Assembly: GCA_013239625.1 (NCBI GenBank)
Contig: MU053934.1
Coordinates: 4,730,399-4,794,398 of the forward strand
Length of the DNA stretch: 64,000 bases
Reading direction: 5' to 3'
Origin: Lama guanicoe
Lineage: Eukaryota
A program made the position numbers and the translations under genes. Every line of letters starts with the position of its first letter. Positions within the stretch are counted from its first letter, which is position 1. Shown piece by piece: positions 49,610-61,141 of this stretch. Under the pieces are notes generated by a model. The model made no database searches, had not been told where the DNA came from, and saw only the letters and a list, made by a program, of their open reading frames with translations.

Positions 49610-50040
49610 TCAGTCAGGATTTTCTCAGTTATACAGACAGGAACCTGCCAAACCTGGCTTAAGGAAATTTTTCATCTCTTTTACTGAAAGCTGAGGGGTC
49701 TCTGGCTTTAGGACCCACTCAGTCCAGATTCCTGAAAAATGTCACCAGGCATTGTGTCCTCCCATTCCACAGCTCTTCTCGTTCCTCTGTGCTACCTCCA
49801 TCCCTGGCTGCTTTCCTCTCGGTTGGAGGGTAGCTGCTGGCAGCCCCTAATGCGCAGCCTACTCCCTTGGGTTCAACAGAAAGACCTTTACTTTCTCAGC
49901 CACTCCAATGAGTGGATAATGGAACCTCCTTGGCTTGGATTGGCTGGCGTGGGTCATGTGCTCATCCATGAACCAATCACTGTGGCCAGCATGAGGCAGT
50001 GCTCTGATTGCCTAGACCTAGGTCAAGGTGTTGGCACCTC
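49610..50040. mobile_element. MaLR (MLT1-like) LTR relic
   Basis: tcagtcaggatttt...gggtcatgtgctcatccatgaaccaatcactgtggccag. Boundaries approximate. Confidence 0.55.
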
Positions 50041-50589
50041 TTATACCACAGGGCCTGAGGGAGAGGAGGATGCACTTGGAAAATCCCAGGACTGTTACTC
50101 TGCAAGCAGAGAAGGGAGCTCCAGGTGGGCACAAACCACTCTGCTTAGGTGGGTCACCAGAACTAAAGTTTCCTTGCTGGGCTGGACTGTTACAGTCTCG
50201 AGAACTTGGGGTTGTTACCCCCACTTTGCTGATGAGGAAGTGGAGGCTCAGAGAGATTAGTGGCGTGCTTCAGGTCACACAGCCTGCATGGGCCAGATCT
50301 GGGATGTGCTCAAGTACGACGGTGCCCAGAACGCATGCCGACTCACAGCATGAGGTGTTGTACCTTTTCAGAGGCCAAAATATTCCAGTTGATCTGCCCT
50401 GGAGGACTTGGGCAGCCTCATCAACTCTCAGAAGGATGTGGGGTGAGTCTTGGAAAAGCGACTTTTCCCTCAAGCTGTGGTAGAGCCAAAAGAATCTCTG
50501 TCTGGTTTCCATCAGCTGTGCCCACCTGCCGTGGGCAGGACTACTCTGGAGTAAGGGAGCTGAATGTCATGGGAGGCCTATCATGAGGC

Positions 50590-50685
50590 ACATTTGGAGT
50601 ATATACTAAAAAGTTGTATATTGCTGTTTGCCTGACGTTCAGACTTAACTGGGCATCCTGGGCATCCTGTTTATGTGGCAACTCT
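50590..50685. mobile_element. MER53-like hAT MITE, half element
   Basis: tatactaaaaagtt...ttaactgggcatcctg...tggcaactct resembles one MER53 arm (from memory). Confidence 0.55.
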
Positions 50686-53119
50686 TCCCAGAGATAGAGT
50701 CACTGGAGTATTGTCACCTGAGTGGAGCCTTGTCAGGAGAAGGTCCAGGGTCTCCTGCTGCTGAGGTCCCCAGATTTCCCCTTTACTCTGAACTTGGCCT
50801 GAGTTGGCTTCAGAGCATCAGTTTCTTTGTCATGTGGGTTTAAGAACCCCTGTTCTTCTGGTCTCAGTGGATTTGCATGAGGATGTATGTGTAAAAATGA
50901 CCCATAAATCATAAAACACTGGCCAAAGTCAAGGGCTAATGTTATTACTCCCTAATTCTCTCTTGCTGTTAGTTCCTTCTGCCCTCCCTCCACTGAACAC
51001 CTACTGTGTGCTGGGTGCTGGGATAGTAGCCTTGGCTGGTGTCTAGTTATGAACCAACACAAGCCTGAGTCATCGCAGAGCTGCCTCCTGACAGATGAGC
51101 TGCCATTTCCAGCATCTCAGCTTCCTTTCCATTAGCTACATCTTAAATTACATTTTAAGAAAGCCCCCGTGGGTCCCTTGTAAAGATTGAGGAAACACCC
51201 TATTTTTATCAGCAACACAGAAATCGTCTCCTGGGAGGGGTGTTTCCTGGAAAGATGTTAAATCTCAGTCATTTTATGTTGCTTCTTGTTAGCTCCAAGC
51301 TTTTTTTTTTTCCTGATCTTGTCCCTCAAGTTATTTGTCTGACAGGCTGGCAGGGAGCCGCCTCCAAGCCAGGCCCTGGGTTGGGTGCTGGGGACCCGGC
51401 TAAGACTCTGAGCTAGCCCCCTGGCAGCACCCCTCAGAGCCAGAGGTGCTGTAATAGAGGCCCAGTGGGAGACAAGGCAGGAGAGCTCAATTCTGCCTGA
51501 GGGTGGGCTCCGGAAAGCCGGGAAGGGCAGTCCAGGTAGAGGGGCTGGCAGACGCAAAGACAGGTAGGCTGGACATAGCGGTGCACTCTGGGAAGTGGAG
51601 ATGTTCGGTGTCCCTGGACTGCGGGCAAATGGTGGTCAGAGAGCTTCCAAAGGCCCTTCCTGCTTGATCTTTCCCCAGCAGGAGGTGGGTCCAAAGGGGT
51701 TTAAGCAGGCATCATGTGATTCGTGGGCCAGTGTGAACTGAGGCAGCGAATGAGGCTGTGATGTAATAGTCACGGGCACCTGTTTGGCTCTTATTTGTAC
51801 CAGGCCCAGCTCTAAGCACTGAATCCATATGTGAATACATTTCATTCTTTCCATACCCCTGTGAGGTCGATTCAGTGACACACCCAAGGTCACACGGTGC
51901 ACTAGCAGCAGAGCTGGGATTGGAACCCAGGCTCCATGCCCTAACCATTGGGCAACACTGCTGCCATGGATGCTGGCCCTACTCCACGTGCTGCCAAGTG
52001 TGTGGTACCTCCCGGGCACTGGGCCAGCTGAGGGGGTGCTCCTGAGCCAGAAGGTGGCCTGGCCTGATGAGATGAGGTGGGGGGTGGGTAGGCCATGCAG
52101 GGCTCCTGGATCCCCTGCTACCCGGCCCGCTGCCCTGTGACCTGGGCTCTTTCTGGCTCCAGCTTCCTCATCTGCAATGGGCGCCCTTATCCCACCATGG
52201 GAAACTGTGTAAAGTGCTTGGCATGTAGCGAGTGCTCCGAAACCCTTCTGAGTCAGCAGGACTCTGAGTTGCCAGTGATAGAAACCCAATGTGAATGACA
52301 CCCAAGCCCCAAAGGGACCGCACCAGCTCACGGGACTGGGAAGAATGGAGGGCAGATCTGCAGTTCGGGTGCAGCTGGAGGGAGTGCTCGAACCATATGG
52401 TCAGGATCCTGCCTCTCCCCGGTTCTGGCCTCAGCCTTCCTTTGTGTTGGCAAAATTCTCAGGCCACCATGGAGGCAAGATGGCCATTAGCGCCTTCGGG
52501 TTTCCTGGTGGTGGCTTAGCCAGGGAGAGCCTCTCCCCTGCAGTCCCAGCTCAAGAGCTGGCTGCCCCTTATGGCCCACCTGGGGTCACGTGCCCGTCCT
52601 GAACCAGTCATGGTGGCCAGGGGTGGTGCTCCCTGGGTGGCCAGGCCTGGGTCTCTGGGCCTCTCCAGGAAGCTGGGGAACTGGGAGTAGGGGAGGGAGG
52701 CTCAGGAATCCGTGGGACGTACCCTGAAGAGCAGATGTCCACCCTGCTGACCCACCCCTGCCACGGCCCCCACCTCCGCACACCACGCCTAAGACCCTCT
52801 CCCCAGATGGACACCTGACACGCACCCGGGAGCTAGGTGCAGCCACTCTCCTCCTGGGGTGATGTCAGGACAAAAGTGCTTGCTTTAAAGCAAAATTACT
52901 TACCTAATTAGGCGCTTGGGAGCTGGCAGGAGGTAGTGGGGGGTTTTGTTGATTTTTTTTTAGACTTTTAGCACTGAAGCTGCGCGATAAAGTAACTGTG
53001 TAATTAGGGATTAATTTCGCACTCCCGCAAGTGATGTCTTACTTGGGGCCTGAGGGAAGTCAGCCGGGTGGTTATTCACCTACAGAGCCGCCCTCTTCAC
53101 CTTCCTTTTTGGGGGGGGT

Positions 53120-53505
53120 GCTCCCTCAGCTCTCATCCAGGGGTGGGGAGGGGGAAGGGGCTAGTAGGCGGCTTCTTCCATCACAGGTGTTGTTCATGCT
53201 CCACAGGTTCCCCGATGCCTGCCGACTGTGCGGCGGGGCTGGAGCGGGGCTGTGCTGAGGAGGAGTGAGGTGCTCAGCCGCAGCCCCCCGCCCCCCTCAC
53301 TGGTCGAGTTCTGAGCCACACAGTCTGTCAGGATCCCTGCTGGGATGGCGCCCCGTGGCCCACAGTGGTAACCTGCTCATGAGCAGCCCCCCTTATTGGC
53401 CTTTCTTTGCCCTTCCGTCTCTGTGCCTCCTGGGATCACCTCCCAAATAAACTGCTGCTCCCAAGGCCTTGGCTCAGTCTGCTTTGGGGGAACCCAAACT
53501 AGACT
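53120..53505 (+). mobile_element. LTR16-like (ERVL) solo LTR relic
   Basis: The 3' end cctgggatcacctcccaaataaact...ctttgggggaacccaaactagac is typical of LTR16. The 5' boundary is approximate. Confidence 0.6.
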
Positions 53506-56500
53506 AGTGGTGTGAGCAGAGTGTGGAAGGAGCCAGAGCAGAGAGCAGTGAATTCAGCTTGCGGTGCAGGGATGGGGTGAGCAGGGCTTTATGGAGGAGG
53601 GGATCTTGAAGGATGAGAGCGGGGAGACGGCACGGGACAGAGGAAAGGGGCAGAGAATCACATGTTTGGTGAGCTTGGTGAGCCTAGCCCGGCACCTGAG
53701 CTGCAGGGAGTGAGAGCAGGGGGTGGGGGAGGGGGCCGCGGCCAGACTGGAGGGCCTGAAGGGCTGTGGTCACGGGTGTGGACTTTGTTCTGAGGGCAAT
53801 GGGGAGCCACTGAGGGCTTAAGTCCAGGAGTGGCACAGCTAGATTGGAGTTCTAGGAGGTTTTGACTAACCGAGGATGGGCTGGGTGGGGAGGAAGCAGG
53901 TGGCTACTGCTGCTGTCAGGAGAGGGACGGAAACTAGACTAGGGCAGGGTGGTGGAGCTGTCGGCCAACTGTCCCACGTTGGGCTTGCAGATGCAGAGTC
54001 ACCGTCAGACAGCACGTTTTCCAGGGCAGAGACAGCCCCACAGTTCCCACCTCCTGCTGCTTCTCTGACCATCTCTCTCCATCCTTGTCCAGTGTTCACC
54101 TTTCTATCCTCTTCCCATCAGGGAAGAATGGGCACTACTGGGTTCTTCACTGGGCACCTACTAGTTGCTCTTTATCACTGAAAACATTTATACCTGGTCT
54201 TGCTTCCCTCGATAGGTGATGCAGGTGCAGCAGAACATAGGTGCATGGGACCTGGGAGAAATGTTCTGGCAAATGAATTCCCTGGGAGAATCCACAGGGC
54301 CAAGTTCTTTCATGCTGCTTCGAACTCAGTGACTCATCAGATTTCCCCTTTTGACTTGACTGCCAGGAAGCTCAGAGCTAAACTCTTGACACTAATTCTC
54401 CAAGAAATTTCTCTTGGAAGATTTTCAGCAGGGACCCTGAGGGCTGCAACTGATGGATTCTAAGGGGAATTTTTTCAGTGAAGGGTCAGGTCAGAGGTGA
54501 AGGGAGGGAACTGGGCCACTGCAGCAGACCCAGAGTTCTGCCAGGTTGTGACTGCTTAGTCTCCCTCATGAGATGGGATCTGATAAGTGTTCAGACCCTA
54601 AAGCTTGCTCACTCTAGGTAATTGTGGGCCTCGGTGACTTTCAGGCATAACTCATGTCTCACTCAGGGGCCAGCCCTGCTGTTATTTTAGAGAAAAACAT
54701 AAGGAAAGCGAACCCGATTTCTCACCAAGCAGCCTGAATATGCAGCACATCTGTAGGCATTTTCCGTTCTTGCCCCACGGCCTATCCTGGATCAGGGGCC
54801 CTGGTGGGTACCCTTCCCTTAATTAAGAACCAGTAGTCCCAGACTGTGGACTATGGGTTCCTTGAAGAGGGCATATGGGGATGGAGCCCATGTGACAGTG
54901 TGGGGCAGGGGAGTCAGGGACCAGGCGGGATTGTCCCAAGGGCTCCCAGAGAGGCAAGCGCTGGTGTGGCTTGTGGCCATGGGTCTGCTCTGGTCCAGGA
55001 GAGCATGCATGGAGAGGGGGGAGGTGGGACCTAAGTAATGGAGGTGGGGCTCAAACAGGGTAACTTGAGTAAATAATGAGAACTCACACAAGAGGCCCTC
55101 AAAAACCATTTCTTTTCTCTATCTCCACATCCGTCTGTGAACGAGCTATTTATTTCTATTGTGAGACTTCATGGGGATGGAACAAATCCTGGGCTGGCAC
55201 CTGCTGGAGCTCAGCAGATGTGCCCAGGGCTCCTGGAATATAGTACCTGGGTGGGTTCAGTCTGGCATGAGCTAGGAACCCTCACCTCCAGCACATTCAG
55301 CAAAGCACAAACCGAGCTCGTTGGCAGGATGGAGAGAACCAGGCGGAAGGAAGAGGGTCTGTGTTTCGGGCTGCGGGGTGGTGCGGGGCGCAGGCGGAAG
55401 GGGCTGGCCGGAGCTGGGCCTGCCGTGGGGTGGCTCTCCTAGGCCTGGTGTGTGCGTGTGTGCGCGTGCGCCAGTGTGAGAGCCTGTTTGTGTGCCCGTG
55501 TGTGCCGCCCCCGCAGCGCCTCCTTCACACTCATCTCCCTGGCTGCCTGGAGAGCTCTTTCTACCAAATATGAAAATGACAGTTTGGCTCACCCACGCAC
55601 GGAATCCTCATGCAGCTCCACTCCCTCGGCACCCCTTCTCAGATCACCCTCTGCCTGCAGCCACTGCCCCTGGGCGCGCCTCAGCCCTCACCCTCTGCCT
55701 GGCTGCTGCCCCTGACACCGCCACCCCTTCCCTCCCCCTCCTCTGATCCCCCTGGTCTCTGTCTCTGGTTCTAAGGTCTCTGTCACTTTTTTGGTCACAC
55801 CCCTTCATCTGAATTAGGAGTGAGTGTGGATGAGAGTGTCCAAGGAGTGTGTATGTGTGTGTGCACCGATGGCGGAGTGCAGGCGTTTGTGTTGCGTGTG
55901 AGCGCGCATCTGCATGTGTGTATGAGAGAGAGAGTGAGCGAGCACGAGAGCCGGAGCCTGTGCCCCAGAAAGCTGGGGGATGGATGGAGGCATTTCAGGC
56001 AAACGAAGCTTTCACTCAATTACTCTTCAAGCAGCGGGAGGGGGTAGCGGCTTCACAACAATTGGACAGGTTTCCATGGTGTGTAGGAAAAGCCTTCATT
56101 TCCTGCTGACGATGGTGACAGGTGGAGCTGGCAGCAGTGCCAGAGTGCCAGGGTAGGGGGCCCAGGTCTGGTGATTGGGGCACCCGGGGTCAGGCTGGGG
56201 CTGCAGGCCTCTGGGACCTCTTTCAGTGGGGGGTGGGGGGGCAGGTAACAACTGAGCAGGAGGAATCTGGTGGACATGCAGGGAGCTGAGGGGATCCTGG
56301 AGACTACCCCATAGATCTGCATTCTGTGGAGATCTGAGAAGGCTTCCTGGAGGAGGCAAACTGTCTCCTAGGAATTGTAGGGCTGTTGACTGTGGAATGG
56401 GGCAGACCTATTTGGTGAGGTCCTGAGGATGAGAACTGGGTCAGTGATGAGGGCTCCAGCGTTGTCTTTGCTTTGAGTCTATCCTCTGCCTGGGTGCGTA

Positions 56501-57534
56501 CTCCTGAGAGTAGGGGGCCCAGTCTGAGTCATTCTTGGACCCATAGCACCTGGACTAGCCTGGTTCATTGTAGACTCAGGGGTGGAGAAACTTCCAGGAC
56601 TCCAAGAGCATCTGCACGGAATCTGAGCAAGGTTTCAAATGAGGGAGGGGCGTCCCCGGCCGGAGGGACAGTGGGAGAATGTCCTGAAAGGGGGAAGTTC
56701 CGTGAGCCCGCGAGGCTGGAGGGGGAAGCCTGGGCACCCTGCAGGGGGCTGGCTGGACGGGGTTTGTCCAGGAAAGAGTGGATTATTCCTGCAGGCAAAA
56801 CACAGCATTCTTGCCACATCCCAGAGACGTGGCCTGTGATGCCTGGCCTCACGTGGGCCCACGGTGGAGCTCGGAGGCCAAGAGACAGGGACAGACCTGA
56901 GGTGTCTCCTGGCTTGAGCCTCTACCCATTTGCTGGGTGACCTGGGACACGTGAGATCGCCTCTCTTACAGCCTCGTCTCATCATAAATCCAGGCATCTA
57001 ACCCTGGGCTGGGGGCCCCTGCAGCCTTGGGGACATGAAGGGACTGGGAGTTCCACTCAGGCCTCTGCCCTCAGCGAGGGCCCACAGACGCTGCTGCTGC
57101 TGTGACTGTGATGTCCAGTCGCCACCTGAGGTTAGCCTGGGACCTCTTGGCTCCTCAGTTCTCCCGTCTGAGGAATGGGGCGAATCCTTCCTGCTTCAGA
57201 GGCTGCCCTGGAAGCTGCGGCAGGAGCCGCCTGGCACAGTGCTGGGTGTGCAGTGGGGACCCGGCGTCTCTGCCTGTCCTTTCCTTTGCTCCCTGGCTGC
57301 ATCTGCTGGGATCCTCGGGGCAGTCTGGGAGGTAGATGTCACCCGCCCAGCTTACAGAGGGGGAGACAGGCCCAAGGAGACAGCCCCAAGCCACAGGGCT
57401 GACGGGGCTTAATTGGGATTCTGACTCCTTTTCTCACTCATTGCTTCCAGGCTGGTGTGGACGTGGGTGGCCTGGCCCATGGCTCCGGCTGACCCTCCCG
57501 CTCCCCACCTCATTCTCCTCCGCTCTCTTTGCAG

Positions 57535-57632
57535 GATGGTCGAGTACTCCCTGGACCTTCAGAACATCAACCTGTCAGCCATCCGTACTGTGCGTGTCCT
57601 GAGGCCCCTCAAAGCCATCAACCGTGTGCCCA
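57535..57632 (+). CDS. CACNA1I: Cav3.3 coding exon 4 (98 nt; domain I S4 voltage sensor)
   Basis: Encodes (G)[32 protein letters not shown](S), with R/K at every third position. Acceptor ctctttgcag| and donor CCA|GTGAGT. Phase matches exon 3. Confidence 0.96.
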
Positions 57633-60200
57633 GTGAGTTGGTGCCCCCTGCCCTGACCCAGCCCTCCCAGTGCCCAGTGCTGGGCACGAGATCCTTCAGT
57701 GACTGGACAGATGTAGGCCCTGCTCCCAGGGGCTCTTGGGACAGTATCTGAAGATGCTGGGAGGTGGCCCTGATGCTTCTGGGTCCCCAAAGGACTCAGA
57801 TTGCAGCAAGTTCTGGCTTTTCGGGGACAAGGCTCCTTGGCGGGGGGAAATGGGGCGCTGTCAAGGTGGCCTGTGTGTGAAAATAAGCTGCTTGGTTTGA
57901 GGGAGTACATTGTGCAGAATTTCACTGGTGGGGTGGCTCCCGGACTCCTCCACTTGTGCTGACTGACTTAGAACTCGAGCTCCCAAACCCCTCATCACCC
58001 CCACCATAGGGCCACCCCCATAGGTCCATTCACCCTCCCCCACCCCGACCATCTGCCTGTCCATCCGTCCGTCCACCCACCCATCCGCCTGTCTACCCAC
58101 CTCGTGTTGAGAGAGGTTATTGGATAACAAACCCTGACATCTGCCCAGACTCATGCAGCTTTCAGAGCTTTTCCTCCCTGTGATTGTTTTTGAGCCTTAC
58201 AGTCCCCCTGGGAGGGAGGTGGGCTGTTCTCCTGAAAAACTGAGATGAAAAAACCGAGACTTGGAAACACAAGGTTACTTGCCCAAGAGGTCTCCTGACT
58301 CTTTCCACTGCCCTGGGTCAGGAATGGGATGGGATCCAGGGAAGGAGATGGGGGGCCCTGCTTGCATGGGCTTCAGCCCTGATGGGGAAGGACAGGAACT
58401 TTATGAGCATCTGCTCACCTCCTGTGTGCCAGGCACTTGACTTAAATTAATCCTGTCAACAATGCGCTTGAGGCTCAGCGAGGTTAAGTGGCTTGCAGAA
58501 AGTCACACAGCAGTTCTGGGGCAAGGCAGAGGGATCTGAGCAGAGCTATGTCCGTTCTAAGCCCAGCTCTTTCCCTGGCTCCATCTGAACTCTTGCTTCT
58601 CCTCCCCGCCTGAGCCTGTTTCCCCATCTTTAGATGGGAGGGCTCCTTGCCCCTCTTCCTGCTCCACAGTCAGCGCTGACTCCACTCCCCCCATACCCAG
58701 CTGTGGGTCCCTTGGGGGTGCCCTGCCACTCGTCCCACCCAGTCCACCTCTCTGCAGCCGTCTGCCATGAGTACCCTGAAGGCTGGCCTGACTCTGGGTT
58801 CACGGAGCCTGTCGGTCAGCCCAGGCAGGCCTGGTCGGGCAGTGGATGCCATGCTCTGGGATTTGTGGAGCAAGGTGACCTGGAGGGGCTGGCTGGCTTG
58901 CATTGGGCAAGGTACAGAGAGGCTCCTGGGGGGCTGGAGTCTCAAGGTCGCATGTACAAGGTCACCTCCCCACTGGTGAACCTTGACTGATGGGAAACTC
59001 CAGGGGTCCCTGAGAGCTGCTGTGAGGGTCCTGAGGGACAGGTTGAGAGATGGGGGTGGGGGGTGAGCAGTGAGCAGCAAAGCTGTGGGGGTGGGGGGAG
59101 GAGCAGTTCAGCTGTAGCACCTTTGCCCCTCCCACTGTCCTGGGAGACTCGCTCGGGGGCAGGGAAGGGACATCCAGAGAGGCCGTCCTAGGTGCCAGCT
59201 TCTCTATCCTTCCCTTATTCTAGAAGACACCTTAGAGATCACCTAGTTCAAAATCATCTTACCTCATTTAACAAATGAGAGTGAGGCCCAGAGAGGGCCA
59301 TGACCAGTCCAAGGTCACACAGCAGGGACTAAACTGGAGCCCGTTCTAACCAGGACACTTTCCCCAGTGGCATGTGTTCCTCTCCCTCAGGCTCCACCTC
59401 CCTCTGCTGGGAAACTGGCCACAGTGGGCTTCGTTCCCTCAGCGCCCAGAACGATGCCAGGTGCATAGAAGGCACTCAATAAATAGGTGTGAAGTGGACC
59501 CACAGGGCAGGTGTTATGGAGCAGTCGTCCTGTGCCAGGGCCACAGTGCCGTCAGCGCTCAGACAGAGAGGCACTGGCATGTGGAGCACCCGGGGTGCAG
59601 GGCAGGGCAGAGTGGGGGACGCTGGGGGTCTGAGGTGATATCTGTGCAGAGACTCAGCAGGATATGGGGATTAACCAGGCAAGGGAGTGTTTTAGACATG
59701 CCAGGCAGTGGGGAGAAGAATGAGGGAGTGAGCTGGACATAGGACTGCTCTGGTAATGTGGATGAGTGATGGCCAGGCTGGGCAGGATGGAGAGGAGCAG
59801 GTGATCGGAGGCTCTGTTTTGGTCTTGGAGAGTCACGGAGGAAGCCCGCATCTGGCCTGGGCAACCTCAGCAGGGAGGGCACAGGGCAGGGCCACATCTC
59901 TCTGGGTCCCCCACTCAGTGTTCCCATTTCTGTCCTGCAGGAAGCAGCCACCATATGGCCACTATCACTTTCCTGGCCATGCAGCCCACAGGCCCGGCCC
60001 CCTTTCTAGAGATGTGTGTGTATATGCCGGGGTCACACATGGTGTTTGTACATGATCCTGTGGTCTACACCTCCCTTCAGGTCTCTGAATCTGACAGGCA
60101 TGAGAGTAGCCATGTGACAAGACATTTGAAAAGAGATGGTTTAGAAGAGGGGTGGACAGGGTAGACACACAGGGTCTCTGTGGGTAGGTTTCCATACATC

Positions 60201-60241
60201 TGTGTGTGTGTGTGTGTGTGTGTGCGCACACACACGCATGC
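60201..60241. repeat. (TG)12-CG-(CA)n alternating purine-pyrimidine tract
   Basis: Seen directly; self-complementary about the central GCGC. Confidence 0.9.
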
Positions 60242-61109
60242 CTGTGAGTGTGATGTTCTCTGTATCCATGAGAGACCATGTATTGTATGTATATGTGTGT
60301 GCACACGTGGGGTTGTGTGCATGTGCGGTGTGTAAACATGGGGGTGTGTGCACATGTGGGGGGAGGTGGGCACCTGTGTCTCCTTCCCGGCCCCCCGCCT
60401 CCCTCTCTTGCTGGCTGCGAAGGGAGCTCATTAGGCGGCTCCTGGCTGTGGGGGTCACTCCAGGCCTCCAGTGCCAGTCTGTCCGGTTCTCTGGAGAAGA
60501 CCCCAGGTTGGGCCCTGTGCTTCTGGAGGCTCCAATTTTGGAGGCTGGGTGGTCTGGAGAGCCCAGAGAGGAGTTTGGATCTTTCTTCAGGGGCCTCTTT
60601 CCTGCTAATAGGCTTCGCTGGGTGGCCCAGGGTGGCCCGAGGTGGGGAGTTCTGTTCCCGCTCTGAGCTGATTCCACCTCTCAGCGAACAAACGAGTCTC
60701 CAATTTTGCTTTCTCAGAATCTGACATGGGGAGTTGTTGGCGGCATGAACCCTCCAGGATCCCAGATATAACCAATGTGCCCCCCTGGAAAGGGACCTTA
60801 AGATAAATTCATATTCATGAGCAACTTAATTAACAGGAGCCTCAGGTCGTTGGAGCAGGTCCGCTGGTCCAGACCCTCATTTAAAGAATGGGATGCTGCT
60901 TTCCCAGGTGCTGCTTGTTCTGCCCAGAGTCACCGGGGAATGAGCGGCACTGGGAGCTGGGAGGGCAGGCACAGGCTTATAGAAGTGTCTCTTTGAGAGG
61001 TCTGCTTGGTTGCCTCCTTTTTTTCTAGATGTTTCCCTGAACATTCCAAGTCCTCTCATTTATCTTCAGAGCGGCTTCTGCCCTGGGACGCATTCTTTTC
61101 AACAATAGC

Positions 61110-61141
61110 CTGTAGCTTTCAGTTTGGCCACTAGATGGCAG
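61110..61141 (+). promoter_or_regulatory. CTCF core motif with upstream-motif-like sequence
   Basis: TGG-CCACTAGATGGCAG (core 61128-61141, exact consensus), preceded by CTGTAGCTTT resembling the ZF9-11 upstream motif. Confidence 0.7.

Noticed and set aside
51636..52331. Longest ORF in the track (231 aa, - strand)
   Set aside because: It runs through MIR relics and has no recognisable domain. Chance ORFs of this length are expected in GC-rich intron.
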